A DNA stretch of 64,000 nucleotides from Schizochytrium sp. TIO01 (lineage: Eukaryota; Protista; Bigyra: Labyrinthulomycetes), in assembly GCA_004764695.1 (NCBI GenBank), contig SMSO01000025.1, positions 3,224,001 to 3,288,000 of the forward strand. Reading direction: 5' to 3'. The notes under the pieces were generated by a model that saw nothing but the letters and a program-made list of their open reading frames with translations, did not search any database and was not told where the DNA came from. The position numbers were made by a program, and so were the translations under genes. Below are positions 44,725-55,850 of this stretch, one piece after another (position 1 is the stretch's first letter; each line of letters begins with the position of its first letter).

Positions 44725-45921
44725 TCACTCCACAGTGACTTCGGCAGAACCCGTGGATACATCAGCAGAGACAGGAGATTGTGGAGGGTACCCTGGTGGC
44801 GTTTGAGGCGGTTGCGGCAAGACTTCTTCGAATGTGCGACGTTTAAAGTCTTTGAAGCGAAATCGGCGTTGAAGGTCATAATACTCTCGCCGCGGGTCAA
44901 TCTTAAATCGCTGATAGAATGATGATTGCCCTGCAAAGGCTTGCTGGGGTCTGGTGTGTTCAACAGGCGTGGCGTCAATAACCGCGATTCCTTGAAATCG
45001 TAGCTCATTTGGCCAAAGCATGTCTAGGCCCCATCCTGATTTGGCGTCGTTTGAGTCGAAGGTATGCGCCAGAAAGCTCAAGGTGTCCACGCGGAAAAAC
45101 GGACACATGATTTCCACAAAGTTTGAATAATGAAGCAGGACACCAGGACGCTCGCGTATAATATTTCTGTATTGAGGTTGGATATTCACATCAAGCAATG
45201 CTGGCTGGCCCATATTAAGATCTTGCTCCTCAGCAATCTGAAACATGCGAACAATGTTGGCAGTGCTTACTCGAAGGTCATCGTCTGGCATCCAGATAAC
45301 AGAGTACTCCCTCCACGGGAGTTCTTGAAGCGCGCACCGCATAAGTTGCCATTTAGGACCCTCTTTTTGCATGAAGAACTTAGCCTGTGCCTTAAATCTT
45401 GCCGCCTTCTCCTCATTACTGCCATAGTAAACAACAGCAAGATCAAACCTTCGATCTTTGTACCACTCCAGCCCTTCTTCATCGTGCAAAGAGTTGTCGC
45501 CTGCAGCGATGATAACCAAATATCTTCCGGCCACATCTTCGAGTCTTCCTCGTGACCATGTCCACGACTCCTTCCGGCGTACATGAGACCTGTTCTCCGG
45601 ACCGCCTCGGTGCGAGTGTGAATTTTGTGCACCATATCTTCTGTCATCACGTCTCCTGTCTCTGTCATCTCTTCTATTCAAGTCACGATCAGAACCATTG
45701 TTTCTGCGTCTATCATCGCCACCGTGGGAGCGCGTTTCCGCGCCGTTTTCACGCTCATGCCGATTCCTACCGCGACCGCCTCTTCGCCGCCGCCGTTTTC
45801 CAGCACCATTATCGGAAGGCGAGGCCGGACGCTTCTCACCGCGAGACGACTTTTCTCCTCCGCCATCCGTGTTTCCTTCGTCCTTGGTTGTGTGAAGGTT
45901 GAGGAGTGAGTCGAAGTCCAT
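44725..45921 (-). CDS. DUF707-family (glycosyltransferase-like) protein with R/D-rich N-terminus
   Basis: FDLAVVYYG, GPKW, IWMPDDDL, QPAL, NFVEIMCPFF, GWGLD, VIDATPVEHTRP. Confidence 0.75.
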   Translation of the reverse strand: MDFDSLLNLHTTKDEGNTDGGGEKSSRGEKRPASPSDNGAGKRRRRRGGRGRNRHERENGAETRSHGGDDRRRNNGSDRDLNRRDDRDRRRDDRRYGAQNSHSHRGGPENRSHVRRKESWTWSRGRLEDVAGRYLVIIAAGDNSLHDEEGLEWYKDRRFDLAVVYYGSNEEKAARFKAQAKFFMQKEGPKWQLMRCALQELPWREYSVIWMPDDDLRVSTANIVRMFQIAEEQDLNMGQPALLDVNIQPQYRNIIRERPGVLLHYSNFVEIMCPFFRVDTLSFLAHTFDSNDAKSGWGLDMLWPNELRFQGIAVIDATPVEHTRPQQAFAGQSSFYQRFKIDPRREYYDLQRRFRFKDFKRRTFEEVLPQPPQTPPGYPPQSPVSADVSTGSAEVTVE

Positions 45922-46717
45922 GGTGCTTGGACTCTGCTCTTCACTCGTTCTTTGTTTGCTTCTTTTATGGTTTTTGCTGTTTATTCTTTAGTACTAGATG
46001 GTATGTGGGTTCTAAAGTTGTCATTACAGTGAGTTATCTGGTGATAATTCACTTGTGGGTAGCACATTCCTATTTAAGCAACGAACAAGAGCTTTTAAAA
46101 CAAACCAAGCGACAACAAAGCAAAGGCTGCCTTCTGTATATTTTGTGCTGATAGCCAAATGGCTTTTGGAAATGTTAGACAAGAGCAGAAGCAAAGAGGA
46201 TTAGAATCATAAGGGGAACGGCGAGTAAAACGAGTTTGGAAAAGTTTTAAAGGTGAATGAATAATGTTGGGACGTGCTGCTAACACCAGAAACACTGGGC
46301 CAAAGAGATCGCTGACCACAATGATTCGTGAGAACAAATAAACATGTACGGCGATGAACGCAAAATAGGGAATGAGAGAAGTACTTCTATCCAATAATGT
46401 TGAGCGGATAAGTCTTCGATCTCATTTTTTTGGTGTGTGTAATGTGGTTTTATAGATGTGTTATTGTCTTTGCTGATGACGATACACTTGTGTGTGTGAT
46501 GAGTGGATAACGAAGGGCTGTTCTTTTTTTCTTTTTTTGACTGGCAGTTTACCGGTCAATAAATGCACGAATCTCGTGCGAAAACTCTTCTGCCAGGGTC
46601 CGACCGTGTTCTGATGATGTCAGCTATATAATCCTTTTCTCTACAACTACTTCTTTTGGTGTATAAGTATGTGCGGCATGGGACGGTTCGCAAAATATAC
46701 GCATAGACGGTCCAGAT

Positions 46718-48142
46718 CTACTGGAGGATGCATCCGTACTCTTCTCCATCGCCCTTCTTGTTACCAGTAACGTTCTGGAGAATCTTGCGCTGCTCATCAT
46801 TGGCATTATAAGTGGTAAGAACATCGGCGTCAACCTGGCCAAGAGCAATTTCCTCCACAAGGGACGCGTCTGCGACAGAGGCATATGCAGCAACCAACTG
46901 AGGAATGCGGTCAGAAAGGATGACCGGGAGCTGTGCATCTACAGCAGGTCCGTGGTCAGGGTCATCATTGCTATCCGCTGCAGACGGGTTTGTAGACGGC
47001 ACTGCGCAGATAGCGTTGACCTGCTCCTGGAGTACATAGGTCAAATAGATAACCTCAAGGTCATTGCTGTGCTTGAGAACAAGGTTCACGTTAGCGACAC
47101 CGTCCTCAATGCGACCCTTCTCAGTGTCAATAGCATGGATCTGGTTGTTCAAGACCTTCTCCTTGGAGTCGTGAAGGGCCTGGAGCGCCTCGAGTGTTTC
47201 CTGCTCTCTCTGGTTAAGCGCCTTTCTGATCTCAGCGAAGTTGTTTGATACAGCCTCCTTCTGCTCAGCAAGCATTTCGTGGAGTTCCTTGAGGACTGCT
47301 TCGTTTTCCTTGCGACCTTCAATGAGGGATGCTCTTTGGATAAGAGCCTCACTGATGCCACGCTCGACCTCCTTCTGACGCTCTGAACGAACGTCCGTCA
47401 CGAGGGCGTAGTCCTTTCCTTTGAACTCACCCTTGAGAAGGCATACCTGACAGCATCCGAGCTCTTCTTCTGTGCAGAAGTATTCGATATCATTAATGGG
47501 ATGGCTTTCACACTTGGGCGGTGCTGTCATCTCGCTGTGCGTGAGCGGCTCCGGCTTGTGACCTCTGAAGATTGGCGCTGCATGAGTGATATCCCAGCAG
47601 GCTTTGCATGTGTATGCATCGCATACAGTGCATCTAAACTCACTCGAGGATTGTTCGCAGTTTTGGCACAGGATCTTGGACTCGTGCAGAAGTCGAACAA
47701 TCCGCGCCATGCGATCGTTCGGGAAGGGCTCAGAGTAGTGCTCAGCATGAGCAAGGTGAAGTTCGTCCTTGCAAATAGGGCACTGCACAGGCTTCACCTT
47801 CTTTTTCTTCGGGCGAGGAGCAGATTCTGTTCCGTTGGACTCCGGGGTCTCTTCGTCTTCATCCTCCTCTTCCTCGAAAACCTGCTGTCCAAAAGTACGA
47901 CCGTTGTAAGTCTCGAGACACTTCTTGCAAAAGGTGTGCAAGCACGGCAGGGTCACAGGCTCGGTGAAGTAGGTGTTGCACACAAAACAGGTGAGGCTTG
48001 AGAGCGGGGGAAGCGCATCTTGCTCGTCGTGGGTCACTACAGGAGGCTTTTGAGGGCTGGCGATGGAGGCCACAGGCTCTGCGACGGGGGCAGGTACTTC
48101 GTTAGAAACGACCTCAACGTTCTCCTCTACAACGTCAGTCAT
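46718..48142 (-). CDS. RING + B-box + coiled-coil (TRIM-like) E3 ligase with C-terminal CaaX (CILQ)
   Basis: RING CFVC..LPCLHTFCKKC..CPIC split by an acidic insert; B-box1 CQNC..CTVC..CKAC..H..H; B-box2 CESH..FC..CQVC; first ATG at 48142. Confidence 0.85.
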   Translation of the reverse strand: MTDVVEENVEVVSNEVPAPVAEPVASIASPQKPPVVTHDEQDALPPLSSLTCFVCNTYFTEPVTLPCLHTFCKKCLETYNGRTFGQQVFEEEEDEDEETPESNGTESAPRPKKKKVKPVQCPICKDELHLAHAEHYSEPFPNDRMARIVRLLHESKILCQNCEQSSSEFRCTVCDAYTCKACWDITHAAPIFRGHKPEPLTHSEMTAPPKCESHPINDIEYFCTEEELGCCQVCLLKGEFKGKDYALVTDVRSERQKEVERGISEALIQRASLIEGRKENEAVLKELHEMLAEQKEAVSNNFAEIRKALNQREQETLEALQALHDSKEKVLNNQIHAIDTEKGRIEDGVANVNLVLKHSNDLEVIYLTYVLQEQVNAICAVPSTNPSAADSNDDPDHGPAVDAQLPVILSDRIPQLVAAYASVADASLVEEIALGQVDADVLTTYNANDEQRKILQNVTGNKKGDGEEYGCILQ

Positions 48143-49638
48143 GGTAGGGCTTGTTTGTGCTATCGGCACGCCTCGGTCCTCGTGCAGGTCTCAAGACCTG
48201 GAGATTCGGGTTTTGGTTTTGGTTTTGTTTTTTATGTGTTTGCAGTTGAACGAAGGCAGGCAGATCTTGAGCGCCAAGCTGTCCTCAGCCTTGGACCTCG
48301 AACGATACTGAAGCAACAAATAATCAAACCCGAGAGAATATCCTCGGAGATACACTCAAATATTCAAGATTTACTGTCTTTACGTGGTCGGCTTGCGTGC
48401 TTTCGAGGCAGCTGTCAAATCCGGTCGCGCTCCTCTAAACCGCCCAATCGGTTAGACTAATCAATCTCGCGGATCTTGGCAGCAATCGGCTCGATTCTGT
48501 ATCCTCCACTTGTTTCTTATTAGGATTCACAAGTAACAAGTGACTTATACGTAAATAATTCACTTTACACCCCTATAACCTACTGTATATGCGCGCGCGT
48601 CCCTGGCCCTTGCACGTTTCGAGCCGCACAAGTGTGTTATGCGCTCCGCGGCAAGTAGGTTATCCAAAGGAATCAAGTGAGTTATAGTGACGGCTCAAGT
48701 GAACTATATGACCACTGTGGGGGAGCTGCGGGCGAAGGCAAGTAGGTTATAGCCCTTGTGCAAGTAGAGAATGGCAGCTCAGGAAAGTGGAGTATTCAAG
48801 CACTAAAGTAGAGCAAATCGCTCGGACAAAGGGCGGCAGGAAGAGACTTCCTGCCGACTTTTGCTTCCACTTTAAGGCGACGCGCCTTCTTCGTGTCTGC
48901 CTAAAACCCAAAGAAATAAAGACTGTGAGCATTGTTTATGACGTCGCGAAGTCAGCTTGCTTTCTTCCGGGACCTCCTCTCTGAAGGCTAATGAGAAACT
49001 CAGTAGGCAGCAGCTCAAGTTGGGAAGCAACTTGCACGATGGCAGTTTCGTCAAACTTGAGGTCATGCAGGTCTCGTGAGATGATGATCATCCTCACAAG
49101 AGTTGTAAATGACTTCCTTTTCTTTTGCCAATTCTTCATTATTTGCGCATTCCCACAGAAAGGAAAGGGCCTTGCAGTTCTCTTCATTCATATCTTTTAA
49201 TGGGCGCTGGATGCTGGAGACTGTCTAAACACCTAGTTCTATGCATCAACAAAGGTTCCATCGTTACGCCATTTGAGTCTCGCTTTCCGATGGGCCTTCT
49301 CCGATCTTCAAGAAGGACTTTGTGTCCTCACCGATCGATGTCTTCAATGAAATCATTGAACTCTACTCTTATCGAATTCTATAAGTAGGCAGTAGTAGTC
49401 TTTGCCAATTGATCGTGAACAATGGTCTTCCCAAATCCTATGAGCTGCTAGGAGGGGGTTAGTGAAAAAGCATTAATCCCCTGTTAATTTATATATGTAT
49501 TTTTATGAAATAAAATGAGAAAAGAAAGTCGCGTTTACAAGAAGATCAAGAGCTCCAAAAGCTTCGTGAAATTGTGCGGTCAAATCGCAAACTCTTTGCA
49601 GCCTTCGTCGATCCTTGACTTTAATTTCACAGAAAAAC

Positions 49639-50151
49639 ATGTCGCACTCTGTGGTGAAGGGCCTCAAGGCCGCTGCTGCCCCCGTGAACGGCGCTGGTCT
49701 CCGCGTGGGCATCGTGTACACGCGTTGGAATGACGAGGTCATCGAGGGCCTTCGCCAGGGCTGCGTTGAGGAGCTCAAGAAGCTCGGCGTAGAGGAGATC
49801 AAGGAGAAGCAGGTGCCTGGTGCCTACGAGCTCCCGTACGCCGCCAAGTGCATGATCGCTAGCTCCGATGTGGATGCAGTTGTCTGTATTGGCTGCCTCA
49901 TTAAGGGATCCACTATGCACTTTGAGTACATCTGTGAAGCCACCTCCCAGGGCATCATGCGCGTGGGCCTCGACACCGGAATCCCTGTCATCTTTGGTGT
50001 GCTCACCTGCCTCAACGATGAGCAGGCTCTCTACCGCGCAGGTCTCACCGAGGACGGCGGCCACAACCACGGACCGGAATGGGCCACCACCGCTGTCGAG
50101 ATGGCGCTCCTTGGCAAAGAGAGCGGCGTTTCGCGCTCTCGCTCCGTATAA
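49639..50151 (+). CDS. RIB4: 6,7-dimethyl-8-ribityllumazine synthase (riboflavin biosynthesis)
   Basis: VGIVYTRWN, VPGAYELP, IGCLIKGSTMHFEYI, PVIFGVLTC, HNHGPEWATTAVEM; ATG at 49639. Confidence 0.95.
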   Translation: MSHSVVKGLKAAAAPVNGAGLRVGIVYTRWNDEVIEGLRQGCVEELKKLGVEEIKEKQVPGAYELPYAAKCMIASSDVDAVVCIGCLIKGSTMHFEYICEATSQGIMRVGLDTGIPVIFGVLTCLNDEQALYRAGLTEDGGHNHGPEWATTAVEMALLGKESGVSRSRSV

Positions 50152-51028
50152 TTAGTTCAATCTGCAGCTTTATATCCTCAACTTTATATCTATCTATGCC
50201 TAACCGTCGCTTTTATATTTTTCTCTACATGCATCCCTGTCACTAGAAGTTGTAAATCGGTCATGAATTGACTTGCTTGACTTGGATCGCTTAACTTTGC
50301 CAACTTGATTTTGCCTGCTTCATGTTGCCTGCTATATTCAATTTAATTGCCAATGGTATTCGAAGTGGAATCATCTTTCCATGGACTTAGGGTCACAGGT
50401 TTAAGCTAAACAAATTATAATATCTACTGCTAATCTTGATGAGTCTTGCTGCTAGCCTAGGCTAGCCTGTGGAATTTTAATCCTCTTGATGTTTTCATGC
50501 TTTTAGCTATGAGTGAATGCCTTTCATAATTAGATAAGCGCTGGGTTAAACGGCGTTTCAGGAATTGTCGGAGTTAGCGTATTATATTTTAAAAGTGAAA
50601 TTCGCGTCCTTCAACACAAGTAACATCTTGATTATACTAAAAGGTTTGCTGTGCGTTTGGAGTTTCATCCATTAGGGCCCACCTTTCATTCTTGCTTGCT
50701 ATTAATAATACAACGGCTGAAATATTCTTTCCACTTCAACACAGGGAAGGGCGAACTAATTAGAAAGCCAAACACGGACAGTAATAGAAGGACTTTATAT
50801 GATTGTTCTATATAATTGTTCTATCGTTAAAGTTTGTAGAAAAGTAGAAAAGAACGGTCCATGCAATAATGGCGGATGCTTTTCCTTATTGGTCCATTCT
50901 GAAATTGTGTCAGTATTCTTGAGAAACAGATAAGAAAGTGAACGTCACAAAGACCAGATTTGAAGCAGCATAAATACGAAAAGAGAAAAGAAAAAACGGA
51001 GCCTACAAGAAAATGCGTAGATGGGCCC

Positions 51029-51781
51029 TTAGACATTGGTTGCAAGGCGAGGGTCGCGCGTGGGATCATCATCCTGCATCTCGCTAATACGTGCATTGTC
51101 ACCAAGCTCAAACTCAGCTCCGAAACCATTGCTTTGGCTAGAGTGATGCGAGCGTCCAAGCCCATGCTGGGAAGAATTGTTATTGCGTACATGCTCAATG
51201 TGAAATGTGACTTGCTCAGTAAGATAACTTCCCCATTTCAGATGCACAGAAAGCCAGTAGCAGATGGCAGTAGCACAAATAACAGTGTTCACAGCTGCAA
51301 TAAACATGTGGTCAAAAAACAAGACCCAGCTAGCCAGTGCCAGATTTGTAAGAAAAAGTGGCACTCCCATTGTAAAGAACCAAAAAGCGCGCATCCAATC
51401 TTCTTCGCATCTCAAGACCCAAAACTGCTGGAATGGCATTTTTACGCGCTCAAGGTCAAATGCCTTGAGCACACCAACGAGCATAAGCGTACATATCACA
51501 AATGACATACTCATGATGCAAACTGTTAAGGCTGTGCAAAATCCCCAAAGTGCCAGTACTACTGTGGACACGTCATCAGGGATATTGATCTCTACAAGAA
51601 TGCTCATGCTAAAGCCTGCGAGCAGCGCCGCAAGACTGGCCGTTGATCTAAGCTGCTCACATTTCTCATCAATTTGCCGCCGCAGGATCTCGAGCTTTCT
51701 ATACTTGATCTCCTCCTCGCGCCATTTGGTTGCCAAGTGAACGTCGGCAAGCGCCAACCCTGCGTTGAAAAGCTCTGCCAT
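51029..51781 (-). CDS. Orai (CRAC) family calcium-channel protein
   Basis: QLRSTASLAALLAGFSMSILVEINI matches Orai TM1 ([24 protein letters not shown]) with the selectivity Glu; four TM segments; FTMGVPLFL. Confidence 0.8.
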   Translation of the reverse strand: MAELFNAGLALADVHLATKWREEEIKYRKLEILRRQIDEKCEQLRSTASLAALLAGFSMSILVEINIPDDVSTVVLALWGFCTALTVCIMSMSFVICTLMLVGVLKAFDLERVKMPFQQFWVLRCEEDWMRAFWFFTMGVPLFLTNLALASWVLFFDHMFIAAVNTVICATAICYWLSVHLKWGSYLTEQVTFHIEHVRNNNSSQHGLGRSHHSSQSNGFGAEFELGDNARISEMQDDDPTRDPRLATNV

Positions 51782-52459
51782 GGGCTCTGCTGGATGTCGG
51801 TTCCAAGCTCTCCCTCTGCCTCACCAAGATTTTCCAAGAAACACGTCAAGAGTTTTGCTATCCCAGCAATAAATACAGAAGCCGTTCACCACTCCTCAGC
51901 GGCGCTTAGTCTCTTTTAAGGTTGTGTCTTTGTCTCTCTCCACAATGTCACGGACTGCCTCGAGTGGCCAATCACTTTGCGTTGCTGACCAATTGGGATC
52001 AACAACGAAATAGGTAGGTTCGAGAGATGAACTTTTTTTCTTTTTCATTTTTTTCCTTTAATTTCAAGACCTCGAGCACCAACAATGTAATTCAAACAGC
52101 TGAGTAGTTGCGCAACATCAAATTTAGTCAGAGGGAGAAAGCAGGTGGCAAGCCTAGGTTGCTGCAAAACGCCAACTAATGCATAGGAGTAACGATTCGA
52201 CGCACGGTTCACTGAAGATAGCAAATATCGATAAAAATAAAAATAAAAATAATTGAGTACTCGAAATACGTATATGCCTTCGTGAGTTCCTGCAAATTAC
52301 CTCAATCTTGGAAAAATGCCACATGGATTGATGACTTGGGGCTGTTGTAACGTGAGATGGAAATGATAAAGGCCTGAGGTCTCCTCAATTTGGGGAACCA
52401 CACCTACTAATACTCTACGTCTTAGATTGTTAGTGTGAGCTACCAAATGAATTCCCCAA

Positions 52460-55400
52460 TAAATTTGATTTCCTTGATGCTGTGGCTGACTAGTTCGTGC
52501 CTCTCTTTTCTAATACCATTGAATCAAAACTTATCTATAAATTCATTATAAAGATACATTGAGTTCGTTGGGAGTTACAATCTTATTCATGCCAATTTTT
52601 CTCATTTGAAACCTTCGTCTTCTTCGCTCTCTTCTGGTGTTTTCGATTTAAGTAAATGGTTGAATTTTTGGACATGGGACGATGAAACCAGTACATCAGG
52701 ATCTTGGGTTTCGATCTGGTTGTTTTTCTATTCAAAGTTGAACTTTTAAACCGCGACCTTTGACTGATAAAAAGATGCTCGTAAGTCTTGAGAGTATGAA
52801 CAAAAGACTTTTTTGAGTTTGTTCTTATGACTTTGTGATCGGTTCATCTTGCAAAGAATTCTTCAAATTAAGTATCATTCCAAAAAGCACATGAAGGAAT
52901 CGACTCTTGATATACATGTTTTTTAAAAATGCAAATTTCCATTCATTAGTTTCACTCTTAGTGCACTTGGGTTCATCATTTTCTTATGCATGCATGTTAA
53001 AGCAATTCTTGAGTTCCGGCCAAAACCGTCCTGCATTTTCTTTAACGGGAGGAGGCATTGTATTACTAGAGCTTTTAGCAGGTTGTTGTAAGGCCTCAAG
53101 GGATTAGAAATGGCATAGAATCAGAATTAGTCAACAACCAGATGCGTATGTGCATCAAGGAAGTAAGAAACTGGAACTGCACGTGCACATACAATAGAAT
53201 GAGCAGGGTGAAAGTTTATTTATTTAAATATAATTTTGAAGCAGAGGATTAACTCAAACATTTCAATGGCGTCTCAAGCCTAGATCAAATTCGACGTACC
53301 GCCTAATTCTAACATGAATTAGCCTGCCATTAAAAGGACAACAGATCAATAAATTTTAAACCAAAGTTTATCAAGCAACCCTTTGCCTTCGTCAAGCCTT
53401 CTTTAAAGTTCCTTGCTTTGACAGCTTCAGACTGGCAAGATTCATCCTTCAAGCCGCCTACATCATGTAAAAATACTTTGTGATTATTAATATATTATCC
53501 GAGAATTACGTATATGAATAGCTTTCGCAGATTCCGAGAGGTTAGAATCTTCGGTCTTCTCAACTATCGAGTCAGATCTCTACAGCCAGCACGCAGCTAG
53601 AACTTCAGCATATGACGGGAGGCATTTAAATGAACAATATGATTAGACACCATATTGACATAAGCCAATACGTAGAATATTATGTGCAATGGAATTGTGC
53701 TAAACCAGAATTGGTACTAGTATCATCACCAAGTCGATGCAATATTTTAAAGCCAAGGCTTGTGAAGCATTACGTTCTAAACGCTATAATATAATGGATC
53801 AATTGCAGCTTGTCAACAAGAACAAACAACTTAGAAAATGGCTAAAATTTTCATTACTTCGTGGTGTTTCTCGAGTTCATTCTAATAGATTAATCTTCAA
53901 CATTGATGTTCTGCGATGGGGGGAACTTGGGAGTAGCTCTTACTTAGTCTTGCCAGTAATAAGAAACAGGCTTAAAGTCTCTGCTGATAGGGTTTACACA
54001 GATGCTTGTTGTAATTCTTTCTCTATGTACCCCGGTTGAAGAAGTTAATTGACAGATTTACGAAACCATTAAATCTCTGCAATGACGTTCCGGGTCCCTA
54101 ACAAGCAGGCTAACGGGTATTCCGCTTTATGCGAAGAATATTGATTTGTGCCCACGAATGAGCTTGTTTTGCAATAGGGTTGTCCTTATTTTGGTATAAT
54201 TAATGTGGTAGTTGGGACTCTTAAATATTCTTGATGTGTGCTAGACAAATCTGAGGAAGTATGGCCGTCTCTCATATTAAAATTCTATCATACTTGATTC
54301 TAACGAATGCGTATGTACACGTTTGAATGTTAACTCCACAGCGATGCAAATCAAATTCCCAGGCTCAGAGTTCGCTCGACTGATTGCTGATGAGCAAAAA
54401 ACAGCTCGAAGAAAGTCTCAAATCCTCGAAGGCTTCCAATATAGCGTTTAGAACTCTGGCAATGTCGTCTTTATTGGTTCCTTTTGTTAGAGACTTCAGC
54501 AATATTCCATAGATCCTCTCCTTTGATGTCTTGAAGACCATTAAATGCAACTTTGGGGCATTTACTAGTGTTTCTTGCCTTCCTATTTCTTGCCGAGCTT
54601 TGTTTATAGTTATCTTATTTTACAACATTAATGGCCTCTCTACGTGAACATATTAGCAGAGTCATATGACCGAGATTTATCAGGCAAAGGTAAAAGAAAG
54701 TAAGATCTGCGGGCTACAGACTTGAAGTGAATATGTAACTGTTCTCATTACCTATTCTGCTTTATTCTATCCACAGGTTTGAACATGTGGCCCAACGATC
54801 AGAAATTCCTTAATTTCTTTAAAACGTTTCGTTTAAATCCTTTTTGACACAATTTTAGCCTTACATGGCATACAGTGTTTTGTTCATACAATCAAATCAT
54901 CCGATTGATGAACTAAACAATTGTAAAGAAAATTTGATCAATAAATTCTGCTAGTGTGATGCAGGTTCAGAATTATTTATCCGTATGCTCCGGCGATATG
55001 TAAACAAGATTTAGGACCTTTTGTAGTAAAAGTAGAGACAAATTTCAGGGCCTTAAATGTTCATTTTACTACAAAAAGATATATGCAAAATTTTGAGCTG
55101 TATTGTGAATGGTAAAAAACTTCAAATCTTCATTTTTGATCTCGAATTTCAAGGGAGAATTCTTTGCGTATTCTTCGAAAGAGGTGAAGTTTGCTTCTGT
55201 TTTACCTCTCATGGATTTGAGTAGAGTTTTGATGCTTGGTGGAGATCTCAGCTCTGAACATGAATATAAAAGATTTACATAGTTCGAATTATGAACTATT
55301 CTTCTCTCGAATTTTGGCTTTGGTTATTCTGACTATCATATTTGAACCCTAGGTTTTATAGAATAGGACTGCACACTCAAAGTAAATGGGCGACCTCCTA

Positions 55401-55850
55401 TTAGGATGCAACGAATTGCATTTTCAGAAATAGTAGTAGGGTTATCGGCTAGAAGACTGTCTCCAAATCGCACGTGAGCACGAATTGATGTTGTGAATTA
55501 TCCCATTGGGTTACTAACGTTTCCCAATTTTTTCAGCTACAGGCAATGCACCTCTGTTGTAATGGTAGAAGGCTTCTTTGCTGGTGTGCAATGTCCATTC
55601 CAATTTTTCTATACTCGTGTCATAGAGGCTTTGAACATGAATGTTATGCAAGTTTAGGAACAAGAACTTTTCTTTTGCAAATCTATCAGAATATAGTACA
55701 TTTCAAAGGCGTCGGCCAATACCTGTTTCGCGAAACTTTGGTCGAGATCTCTCTGCCACAACTTGCTATTTATCATTCTAAAATGGTTTCTAAAGGATTC
55801 TTCAATTCAGGAGCGAAGCATTAACTATTCAACTTTTAATTTTCTTTGAC
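52460..55850 (-). pseudogene. Possible heavily decayed long ORF
   Basis: Microsatellite-free sequence with short protein-like minus-strand frames (e.g. 54365-54550; RDLDQSFAKQVLADAFEMYYILIDLQK near 55750). Confidence 0.3.
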
